Of a stretch of DNA of 64,000 nt, positions 34,400 to 46,100 are shown piece after piece. Numbering within the stretch: the stretch's first letter is position 1; each line of letters opens with the position of its first letter. Below the pieces are notes generated by a model. The model made no database searches. It was not told the DNA's origin and was given only the letters and a program-made list of their open reading frames with translations. Origin of the DNA: Hemiscyllium ocellatum (taxonomy: Eukaryota); contig NW_026869102.1 in NCBI RefSeq assembly GCF_020745735.1, forward strand, positions 56,367 through 120,366, given 5' to 3'. The translations under genes and the position numbers were made by a program.

Positions 34400-36060
34400 C
34401 TGTCCTCACGAGGTCAGGGAGCAGGGACAGTGTCTGGGGGAAGAGCCCCCTCCCTCAGACAGGGAGCAGGGACAGTGTCCGGGGTGGGGTTAACCCCCTC
34501 CCTCAGACAGGGAGCAGGGACAGTGTCCGGGGTGGGGTTAACGCCCTCCCTCAGACAGGGAGCAGGGACAGTGTCCGGGGGAAGAGCCCCCTCCCTCAGA
34601 CAGGGAGCAGGGACAGTGTCCGGGGTGGGGTTAACCCCCTCCCTCAGACGGGGAGCAGGGACAGTGTCTGGGGGGGAAGAGCCCCCTCCCTCAGACAGGG
34701 AGCAGGGACAGTGTCCGGGGTGGGGTTAACCCCCTCCCTCAGACAGGGAGCAGGGACAGTGTCTGGGGGGGGGAAGAACCCCTTCCCTCAGACAGGGAGC
34801 AGGGACAGTGTCTGGGGGGGGGGAAGAACCCCTTCCCTCAGACAGGGAGCAGGGACAGTGTCTGGGGGGGGAAGAACCCCTTCCCTCAGACAGGGAGCAG
34901 GGACAGTGTCCGGGGTGGGGTTAACCCCCTCCCTCAGACAGGGAGCAGGGAATGTGTCCAGGGTGGGGTTAACCCCCTCCCTCAGACAGGGAGCAGGGAA
35001 TGTGTCCAGGGTGGGGTTAACCCCCTCCCTCAGACAGGGAGCAGGGACAGTGTCCGGGGTGGGGTTAACCCCCTCCCTCAGACAGGGAGCAGGGACAGTG
35101 TCCGGGGGAAGAGCCCCCTCCCTCAGACAGGGAGCAGGGACTGTGTCCGGGGTGGGGTTAACCCCCTCCTTCAGACAGGGAGCAGGGACTGTGTCCGGGG
35201 TGGGGTTAAAGCCCTCCCTCAGACAGGGAGCAGGGACAGTGTCCGGGGGAAGAGCCCCCTCCCTCAGACAGGGAGCAGGGACAGTGTCCGGGGTGGGGTT
35301 AACCCCCTCCCTCAGACAGGGAGCAGGGACTGTGTCCGGGGGAAGAGCCCCCTCCCTCAGACAGGGAGCAGGGACTGTGTCCGGGGTGGGGTTAACCCCC
35401 TCCCTCAGACAGGGAGCAGGGACGGTGTCTGGGGGAGGAGCCCCCTCCCTCAGACAGGGAGCAGGGAATGTGTCCGGGGTGGGGTTAACCCCCTCCCTCA
35501 GACAGGGAGCAGGGACAGTGTCCGGGGTGGTGTTAACCCCCTCCCTCAGACAGGGAGCAGGGAATGTGTCCGGGGTGGGGTTAACCCCCTCCCTCAGACA
35601 GGGAGCAGGGAATGTGTCCGGGGTGGGGTTAACCCCCTCCCTCAGACAGGGAGCAGGGAATGTGTCCGGGGTGGGGTTAACCCCCTCCCTCAGACAGGGA
35701 GCAGGGAATGTGTCCGGGGTGGGGTTAACCCCCTCCCTCAGACAGGGAGCAGGGAATGTGTCCAGGGTGGGGTTAACCCCCTCCCTCAGACAGGGAGCAG
35801 GGACTGTGTCCGGGGTGGGGTTAACCTCCTCCCTCAGACAGGGAGCAAGGACAGTGTCCGGGGGAGGAGCCCCCTCCCTCAGACAGGGAGCAGGGACTGT
35901 GTCCGGGGTGGGGTTAACCCCCTCCCTCAGACAGGGAGCAAGGACTGTGTCCGGGGTGGGGTTAGCCCCCTCCCTCAGACAGGGAGCAAGGACAGTGTCC
36001 GGGGGAGGAGCCCCCTCCCTCAGACAGGGAGCAGGGACAGTGTCTGGGGTGGGGTGGGGT
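34400..36060. repeat. Minisatellite of about 35 copies with 45- and 48-bp units
   Basis: Units acagggagcagggacagtgtccgggggaagagccccctccctcag (45 bp) and acagggagcaggga(c/a)(a/t)gtgtccggggtggggttaaccccctccctcag (48 bp). The 48-bp type contains the perfect palindrome GGGGTTAACCCC. The ORFs 34288-36087 (+) and 34788-36116 (-) are artefacts of the 3n period. Confidence 0.9.
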
Positions 36061-37190
36061 AAACCCCTTCCCGCTCTCTCTCTGTAACCGACCTGTAGAG
36101 AAATAACGTACGACATCCTGCAGCTCTGGGGGGTCAGTGTCTGTGTACTGCTGCCAGTCAGTGTTCAGTCTGTGTACGGGCGGAGGTGGGGGTGGTGGGG
36201 AGGTTGAGGAGGTGGAGGTGGGGTCTGGACTGGGTGCTCCCAGTCGCCCTGGATCTGCCATCTCCTGCCCACAGTTCAGTCCAGAACGTTGTTCCCCTCG
36301 CGCCCCATCTCCGGCGCCCATTCCCGGCTCAGTGATGAAAGACAGGCCCCACTGGTTGTGGAAGATGGCACCCAGTCCCTGGCCCAGCCTGGGGCCTGAT
36401 TCGTGGTCATCGCTGGCTCCTCTGGTCCCGGTGGGCTCTGCGCTGAGATTCTCCTTCACCTTACTGGCGTAACTGATCCGGGGCAGGATTCGGGCGGTGC
36501 TGCTCCCCACTGGGAATGTGGCTGGGGGTTTGAACAACATCCAGCCGTGGGGCTGCTCTCCCTCTTCCTCCTCCTCCCCAGCGCCCCCGCTCCCCTCTGC
36601 CTCTTCTAGGGACTCAGCCCCTTCGCCACCGTCTCGTGTTCTGGTTAGCCGGTTCCCTGGGGGCCGGGGTTTCCACCTGCGGGTGAATCCATTAACGGCG
36701 CCGTCGCCAGGCTTCCTCTCGAACCTGCGCCCGTAGACCCTCGGCTCACCGCGGGGCTGGAAGTGACCACTGTTCCTCACCCTACCGTCTCCCGCCTGCA
36801 GCCTCCCGGGCGTCGCCTGGCGGTAGTATCCACCCTCAGGACCTGGGAGCCTCCCCAGGGACCGGAAGGAGCTGCCTTCACTTCCCAGAGCCCGGCCCAC
36901 GGGCCGATAGTATCCACTGCCTCCTCCTCCTCCTCCTCCTCCACCACCGCCGTCTAACGCCCGACGGTACTTTGTACCAACGCCATTGGCTGAGCCCAGG
37001 CTCCTGTGTTCATCCACCTCGCGATTGACCGAGTTCTCCATGTCCCTCTTCAGCACCGTATCTGTGACACAGCCCCAGACCTACAGGCAGGGAGACAGAC
37101 AGACAGACAACACCTGGGCATTGACACCAGAGAGACAGGCCACTGAAGGCAGCTACCATCATACTTCCCTTCATCAGGCAGAGCATGGGG
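36060..37190. other. GC-rich, CpG-island-like unique segment bordering the satellite. It includes (GGTGG)n/(CCT)n low-complexity stretches and a CCAAT box. A second copy is present at 2185-2740.
   Basis: High CpG density (cgcg, ccgg, gcgc throughout). ccattggct at about 36983. The 364-aa minus-strand ORF (35962-37056) is not frame-conserved relative to the second copy: indels of 7 and 1 bp. Confidence 0.5.
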
Positions 37191-40100
37191 GAGAGGGGGT
37201 GGGACGTCCTGCTGGTCGGGAATGGGAGGTGCGACGCCCTGCTGGTTGGGTATAGGAGATGGGACTTCCTGCTGGTCGATTATAGGAGATGGGACTTCCT
37301 GCTGGTCGATTATAGGAGATGGGACTTCCTGCTGGTCTATTATAGGAGATGGGACGTCCCGCTGGTCGGGTATAGCAGATGGGACGTCCCGCTGGTCCGG
37401 TATAGCAGATGGGACGTCCCACTGGTCCGGTATAGGAGATGGGGTGTCCCACTGGTCCGGTATAGGAGATGGGACGCCCCGCTGGTCCGGTATAGCAGAT
37501 GGACGTCCCACTGGTCTATTATAGGAGATGGGACGTCCCGGTGGTCAGGTATAGGAGATTGGACGTCCTGCTGGTCGGGTATAGGGGATGGGACGCCCTG
37601 CTGGTCGGGTATAGGAGATGGGACGTCCCGCTGGTCGGGTATAGGGGATGGGACGTCCCGCTGGTCGGGTATAGGGGATGGGACGTCCCGCTGGTCGGGT
37701 ATAGGGGATGGGACGTCCCGCTGGTCTATTATAGGAGATGGGAAGTCCCGCTGGTCGGGTATAGGAGATGGGACGTCCCGCTGGTCGGGTATAGGAGATG
37801 GGACGTCCCGCTGGTCGGGTATAGCAGAAGGGACGTCCCGCTGGTCCGGTATAGCAGAAGGGACGTCCCGCTGGTCCGGTATAGCAGAAGGGACGTCCTG
37901 CTGGTCGGGTATAACAGGCGGGACATCCCGGTGGTCGGGTATAGCAGATGGGACGTCCCGGTGGTCAGGTATAGCAGATGGGACGTCCCGCTGGTCTATT
38001 ATAGAAGATGGGACGTCCTGCTGGTCGGGTATAGCAGGCGGGACGTCCCGCTGGTCGGGTATAGGAGATGGGACGTCCCGGTGGTCGGGTATAGCAGATG
38101 GGACGTCCCGCTGGTCGGGTATAGGAGATGGGACGTCCCGCTGGTCCGGTATAGGAGATGGGACGTCCCGCTGGTCCGGTATAGCAGGAGGGACGTCCCG
38201 CTGGTCGGGTATAGGAGATGGGACGTCCCGCTGGTCGGGTATAGGAGGCGGGACGTCCCGCTGGTCGAGTATAGGAGATGGGACGTCCCACTGGTCGAGT
38301 ATAGGAAATGGGACGTCCCACTGGTCTATTATAGCAGATGGGACGCCCCGCTGGTCTATTATAGGAGGTGGGAACCCCTGCTGGTCGGGTATAGCAGGCG
38401 GGACGTCCCGCCGGTGCAGTATAGAAGATGGGACGCCCCGCTGGTCGGGTATAGGAGATGGGACGTCCCGCTGGTCGGGTATAGGGGATGGGACGTCCCG
38501 CTGGTCCGGTATAGGAGATGGGACGTCCCGCTGGTCCGGTATAGGGGATGGGACGTCCCGCTGGTCGGGTATAGGGGATGGGACGCCCCACTGGTCGGGT
38601 ATAGGAGATGGGACGTCCTGCTGGTCGGGTATAGCAGGCGGGACGTCCCGCTGGTCGGGTATAGGGGATGGGACGCCCCGCTGGTCCGGTATAGGGGATG
38701 GGACGTCCCGCTGGTCGGGTATAGGGGATGGGACGTCCCGCTGGTCCGGTATAGGGGATGGGACGTCCCGCTGGTCGGGTATAGGAGATGGGACGTCCTG
38801 CTGGTCCGGTATAGGGGATGGGACGTCCTGCTGGTCGGGTATAGCCGATGGGACGTCGTGCTGGTCCGGTATAGGAGATGGGACGTCCCGCTGGTCGGGT
38901 ATAGCCGATGGGACGTCGTGCTGGTCCGGTATAGGAGATGGGACGTCCCGCTGGTCGGGTATAGGAGATGGGACGTCCTGCTGGTCCGGTATAGCAGGCG
39001 GGACGCCCCGCTGGTCCGGTATAGGGGATGGGACGTCCCGCTGGTCCGGTATAGGGGATGGGATGTCCTGCTGGTCTATTATAGCAGATGGGACGTCCCG
39101 CTGGTCGGGTATAGCAGGCGGGACGTCCCGCTGGTCGGGTATAGGGGATGGGACGTCCCGCTGGTCGGGTATAGGGGATGGGACGTCCCGCTGGGCCGGT
39201 GTAGGGGATGGGACGTCCCGCTGGTCTATTATAGGAGATTGGACGTCCCGCTGGTCGGGTATAGGGGATGGGACGTCCTGCTGGTCTATTATAGGAGATT
39301 GGACGCTCCGCTGGTCGGGAATAGGAGATGGGACGTCCCACTGGTCTATTATAGGAGATGGGACGTCCCGCTGGTCGGGTATAGCAGATGGGACGTCCCG
39401 CTGGTTGGGTATAAGAGATGGGACGTCCCGCTGGTCTATTATAGGGGATGGGACGTCCTGCTGGTCCGGTATAGGAGATGGGACGTCCTGCTGGTCGGGT
39501 ATAGGGGATGGGACGTCCCGCTGGTCGGGTATAGGGGATGGGACGTCCCGCTGGTCGGGTATAGGGGATGGGATGCCCCGCTGGTCGGGTATAGGGGATG
39601 GGACGTCCTGCTGGTCGGGTATAGGGGATGGGACGTCCCGCTGGTCCGGTATAGGAGATGGGACGTCCTGCTGGTCGGGTATAGGGGATGGGACGTCCCG
39701 CTGGTCCGGTATAGGGGATGGGACGCCCCGCTGGTCCGGTATAGGGGATGGGACGTCCCGCTGGTCGGGTATAGGGGATGGGACGTCCCGCTGGTCGGGT
39801 ATAGGGGATGGGACGCCCCGCTGGTCGGGTATAGGAGATGGGCCGTCCTGCTGGTCGGGTATAGCAGGCGGGACGTCCCGCTGGTCGGGTATAGGAGATG
39901 GGCCGTCCTGCTGGTCGGGTATAGCAGGCGGGACGTCCCGCTGGTCGGGTATAGGGGATGGGACGCCCCGCTGGTCCGGTATAGGGGATGGGACGTCCTG
40001 CTGGTCTATTATAGCAGATGGGACGCCGCGCTGGTCGGGTATAGCAGGCGGGACGCCCCGCTGGTCGGGTATAGCAGGCGGGACGCCCCGCTGGTCGGGT

Positions 40101-43100
40101 ATAGGGGATGGGACGTCCTGCTGGTCTATTATAGCAGATGGGACGTCCCGCTGGTCCGGTATAGGGGATGGGACGTCCCGCTGGTCTATTATAGCAGATG
40201 GGACGCCCCGCTGGTCGGGTATAGGGGATGGGACGTCCCGCTGGTCGGGTATAGGGGATGGGACGTCCTGCTGGTCTATTATAGGAGATGGGACGTCCCG
40301 CTGGTCGGGTATAGGAGATGGGACGTCCCGCTGGTCGGGTATAGGGGATGGGACGTCCTACTGGTCTATTATAGGAGATGGGACGTCCCGCTGGTCCGGT
40401 ATAGGAGATGGGACGTCCTGCTGGTCCGGTATAGGAGATGGGACGTCCTGCTGGTCCGGTATAGGGGATGGGACGTGCCGCTGGTCGGGTATAGGGGATG
40501 GGACGTCCTGCTGGTCGGGTATAGGAGATGGGACGTCCTGCTGGTCTATTATAGGAGATGGGACGTCCCGCTGGTCGGGTATAGGGGATGGGACGTCCCG
40601 CTGGTCCGGTATAGGGGATGGGACGTCCTGCTGGTCTATTATAGGAGATGGGACGTCCCGCTGGTCGGGTATAGGAGATGGGACGTCCCGCTGGTCGGGT
40701 ATAGGAGATGGGACGTCCCGCTGGTCGGGTATAGGGGATGGGACGTCCTGCTGGTCTATTATAGGAGATGGGACGTCCCGCTGGTCGGGTATAAGAGATG
40801 GGATGTCCTGCTGGTCTATTATAGGAGATGGGACGTCCCGCTGGTCCGGTATAGGAGATGGGACGTCCTGCTGGTCCGATATAGGAGATGGGACGTCCCG
40901 CTGGTCGGGTATAAGAGATGGGACGTCCCGCTGGTCTATTATAGGAGATGGGACGTCCCGCTGGTCCGGTATAGGAGATGGGACGTCCCGCTGGTCGGGT
41001 ATAGGGGATGGGACGTCTCGCTGGTCAGGTATAGGGGATGGGATGTCCCGCTGGTCAGGTATAGCAGGCGGGACGTCCCGCTGGTCGGGTATAAGAGATG
41101 GGACGTCCCGCTGGTCCAGTATAGGAGATGGGACGTCCTGCTGGTCCGGTATAGGGGATGGGACGTCCCGCTGGTCCGGTATAGGAGACGGGACGTCCCG
41201 CTGGTCCGGTATAGGGGATGGGACGTCCCGCTGGTCCGGTATAGGGGATGGGACGTCCTGCTGGTCGGGTATAGCAGGCGGGACGTCCCGCTGGTCGGGT
41301 ATAGCAGGCGGGACGTCCCGCTGGTCGGGTATAGGGGATGGGACGTCCCGCTGGTCGGGTATAGGAGATGGGACGTCCTGCTGGTCCGGTATAGCAGGCG
41401 GGACGCCCCGCTGGTCCGGTATAGGGGATGGGACGTCCCGCTGGTCCGGTATAGGGGATGGGATGTCCTGCTGGTCTATTATAGCAGATGGGACGTCCCG
41501 CTGGTCGGGTATAGCAGGCGGGACGTCCCGCTGGTCGGGTATAGGGGATGGGACGTCCCGCTGGTCGGGTATAGGAGATGGGACGTCCCGCTGGTCGGGT
41601 ATAGGGGATGGGACGTCCCGCTGGGCCGGTGTAGGGGATGGGACGTCCTGCTGGTCTATTATAGGAGATTGGACGTCCCGCTGGTCGGGTATAGGGGATG
41701 GGACGTCCTGCTGGTCTATTATAGGAGATTGGACGCTCCGCTGGTCGGGTATAGGAGATGGGACGTCCCACTGGTCTATTATAGGAGATGGGACGTCCCG
41801 CTGGTCGGGTATAGCAGATGGGACGTCCCGCTGGTTGGGTATAAGAGATGGGACGTCCCGCTGGTCTATTATAGGGGATGGGACGTCCGGCTGGTCCGGT
41901 ATAGGAGATGGGACGTCCTGCTGGTCGGGTATAGGGGATGGGACGTCCCGCTGGTCGGGTATAGGGGATGGGACGTCCCGCTGGTCGGGTATAGGGGATG
42001 GGATGCCCCGCTGGTCGGGTATAGGGGATGGGACGTCCTGCTGGTCGGGTATAGGGGATGGGACGTCCCGCTGGTCCGGTATAGGAGATGGGACGTCCTG
42101 CTGGTCGGGTATAGGGGATGGGACGTCCCGCTGGTCCGGTATAGGGGATGGGACGCCCCGCTGGTCCGGTATAGGGGATGGGACGTCCCGCTGGTCGGGT
42201 ATAGGGGATGGGACGTCCCGCTGGTCGGGTATAGGGGATGGGACGCCCCGCTGGTCGGGTATAGGAGATGGGCCGTCCTGCTGGTCGGGTATAGCAGGCG
42301 GGACGTCCCGCTGGTCGGGTATAGGAGATGGGCCGTCCTGCTGGTCGGGTATAGGGGATGGGACGCCCCGCTGGTCCGGTATAGGGGATGGGACGTCCTG
42401 CTGGTCTATTATAGCAGATGGGACGCCGCGCTGGTCGGGTATAGCAGGCGGGACGCCCCGCTGGTCGGGTATAGCAGGCGGGACGCCCCGCTGGTCGGGT
42501 ATAGGGGATGGGACGTCCTGCTGGTCTATTATAGCAGATGGGACGTCCCGCTGGTCCGGTATAGGGGATGGGACGTCCCGCTGGTCTATTATAGCAGATG
42601 GGACGTCCCGCTGGTCGGGTATAGGGGATGGGACGTCCCGCTGGTCGGGTATAGGGGATGGGACGTCCTGCTGGTCTATTATAGGAGATGGGACGTCCCG
42701 CTGGTCGGGTATAGGAGATGGGACGTCCCGCTGGTCGGGTATAGGGGATGGGACGTCCTACTGGTCTATTATAGGAGATGGGACGTCCCGCTGGTCCGGT
42801 ATAGGAGATGGGACGTCCTGCTGGTCCGGTATAGGAGATGGGACGTCCTGCTGGTCCGGTATAGGGGATGGGACGTGCCGCTGGTCGGGTATAGGGGATG
42901 GGACGTCCTGCTGGTCGGGTAAAGGAGATGGGACGTCCTGCTGGTCTATTATAGGAGATGGGACGTCCCGCTGGTCGGGTATAGGGGATGGGACGTCCCG
43001 CTGGTCCGGTATAGGGGATGGGACGTCCTGCTGGTCTATTATAGGAGATGGGACGTCCCGCTGGTCGGGTATAGGAGATGGGACGTCCCGCTGGTCGGGT

Positions 43101-46100
43101 ATAGGGGATGGGACGTCCTGCTGGTCTATTATAGGAGATGGGACGTCCCGCTGGTCGGGTATAAGAGATGGGACGTCCTGCTGGTCTATTATAGGAGATG
43201 GGACGTCCCGCTGGTCCGGTATAGGAGATGGGACGTCCTGCTGGTCCGATATAGGAGATGGGACGTCCCGCTGGTCGGGTATAAGAGATGGGACGTCCTG
43301 CTGGTCTATTATAGGAGATGGGACGTCCCGCTGGTCCGGTATAGGAGATGGGACGTCCTGCTGGTCCGGTATAGGGGATGGGACGCCCCGCTGGTCGGGT
43401 ATAGGAGATGGGACGTCCTGCTGGTCCGGTATAGGAGATGGGACGTCCCGCTGGTCGGGTATAGGGGATGGGACGTCTCGCTGGTCAGGTATAGGGGATG
43501 GGATGTCCCGCTGGTCAGGTATAGCAGGCGGGACGTCCCGCTGGTCGGGTATAAGAGATGGGACGTCCCGCTGGTCCAGTATAGGAGATGGGACGTCCTG
43601 CTGGTCCGGTATAGGGGATGGGACGTCCCGCTGGTCCGGTATAGGAGACGGAACGTCCCGCTGGTCCGGTATAGGGGATGGGACGTCCCGCTGGTCCGGT
43701 ATAGGGGATGGGACGTCCTGCTGGTCGGGTATAGGAGATGGGACGTCCCGCTGGTCGGGTATAGCAGGCGGGACGTCCCGCTGGTCGGGTATAGGGGATG
43801 GGACGTCCCGCTGGTCGGGTATAGGGGATGGGAACCCCTACTGGTCGGGTATAGGGGATGGGACGTCCCGCTGGTCAGGTATAGGGGATGGGACGTCCCG
43901 CTAGTCAGGTATAGCAGGCGGGACGTCCCGCTGGTCGGGTATAGCAGGCGGGACGTCCCGCTGGTCGGGTATAGCAGGCGGGACGTCCCGCTGGTCGGGT
44001 ATAGGAGATGGGACGTCCTGCTGGTCGGTTATAGGAGATGGGACGTCCCGCTGGTCCGGTATAGGGGATGGGACGTCTCGCTGGTCGGGTATAGCAGGCG
44101 GGACGTCCCGCTGGTCGGGTATAGGAGATGGGACGTCCCGCTGGTCCGGTATAGGGGATGGGACGCCTGCTGGTCCGGTATAGGAGATGGGACGTCCCGC
44201 TGGTCCGGTATAGCAGGCGGGACGTCCCGCTGGTCGGGTATAGGGGATGGGACGTCCTGCTGGTCGGGTATAGGAGATGGGAACCCCTACTGGTCGGGTA
44301 TAGCGGATGGGACGTCCCGCTGGTCGGGTATAGGGGATGGGACGTCCCGCTGGTCGGGTATAGCAGGCGGGACGTCCCGCTGGTCGGGTATAAGAGATGG
44401 GACGTCCTGCTGGTCGGGTATAGGAGATGGGACGTCCTGCTGGTCCGGTATAGGAGATGGGACGTCCCGCTGGTCGGGTATAGCAGGCGGGACGTCCCGC
44501 TGGTCGGGTATAGCAGGCGGGACGTCCCGCTGGTCGGGTATAGCAGGCGGGACGTCCCGCTGGTCGGGTATAGGAGATGGAACGCCCCGCTGGTCGGGTA
44601 TAGGAGATGGAACGCCCCGCTGGTCGGGTATAGAAAGATGGGACGCCCCGCTGGTCGGGTATAGGAGATGGGACGTCCGGCTGGTCGGGTATAGCAGATG
44701 GGACGCCCCGCTGGTCCGGTATAGCAGATGGGACGTCCCGCTGGTCTATTATAGCAGATGGGACGTCCCGCTGGTCCGGTATAAGAGATGGGACGTCCCG
44801 CTGGTCTATTATAGGAGATGGGACATCCCGCTGGTCTATTATAGGAGATGGGACGTCCCGCTGGTCGGGTATAGGGGATGGGACGTCCTGCTGGTCTATT
44901 ATAGCAGATGGGAGGCCCCGCTGGTCGGGTATAGGGGATGGGACGCCCCGCTGGTCCGGTATAGGGGATGGGACGTCCCGCTGGTCCGGTATAGGGGATG
45001 GGACGTCCTGCTGGTCTATTATAGGAGATGGGACGTCCCGCTGGTCGGGTATAGGAGATGGGACGTCCCGCTGGTCCGGTATAGGGGATGGGACGTCCTG
45101 CTGGTCTATTATAGAAGATGGGACGTCCCGCTGGTCGGGTATAAGAGATGGGACGTCCTGCTGGTCTATTATAGGAGATGGGACGTCCCGCTGGTCCGGT
45201 ATAGGAGATGGGACGTCCTGCTGGTCCGGTATAGGAGATGGGACGTCCCGCTGGTCGGGTATAGGAGATGGGATGTCCCGCTGGTCGGGTATAGGGGATG
45301 GGACGTCCCGCTGGTCCGGTATAGGGGATGGGACGTCCCGCTGGTCCAGTATAGGGGATGGGATGTCCCGCTGGTCGGGTATAGCAGGCGGGACGTCCCG
45401 CTGGTCGGGTATAGGAGATGGGACGTCCCGCTGGTCGGGTATAGGGGATGGGACGTCCTACTGGTCTATCATAGGAGATGGGACGTCCCGCTGGTCCGGT
45501 ATAGGAGATGGGACGTCCCGCTGGTCCGGTATAGGAGATGGGACGTCCTGCTGGTCCGGTATAGGGGATGGGACGTCCCGCTGGTCGGGTATAGGGGATG
45601 GGATGCCCCGCTGGTCGGGTATAGGGGATGGGACGTCCTGCTGGTCGGGTAAAGGAGATGGGACGTCCTGCTGGTCTATTATAGGAGATGGGACGTCCCG
45701 CTGGTCGGGTATAGGGGATGGGACGTCCCGCTGGTCCGGTATAGGGGATGGGACGTCCTGCTGGTCTATTATAGGAGATGGGACGTCCCGCTGGTCGGGT
45801 ATAGGAGATGGGACGTCCCGCTGGTCGGGTATAGGGGATGGGACGTCCTGCTGGTCTATTATAGGAGATGGGACGTCCCGCTGGTCGGGTATAAGAGATG
45901 GGACGTCCTGCTGGTCTATTATAGGAGATGGGACGTCCCGCTGGTCCGGTATAGGAGATGGGACGTCCTGCTGGTCCGATATAGGAGATGGGACGTCCCG
46001 CTGGTCGGGTATAAGAGATGGGACGTCCTGCTGGTCTATTATAGGAGATGGGACGTCCCGCTGGTCCGGTATAGGAGATGGGACGTCCCGCTGGTCCGGT

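Noticed and set aside
34288-36116. ORFs of 599 aa (+) and 442 aa (-) across the 45/48-bp minisatellite
   Set aside because: They are periodic translation artefacts of a 3n-length tandem repeat (GAGTVSGVGLTPSLRQ repeats).
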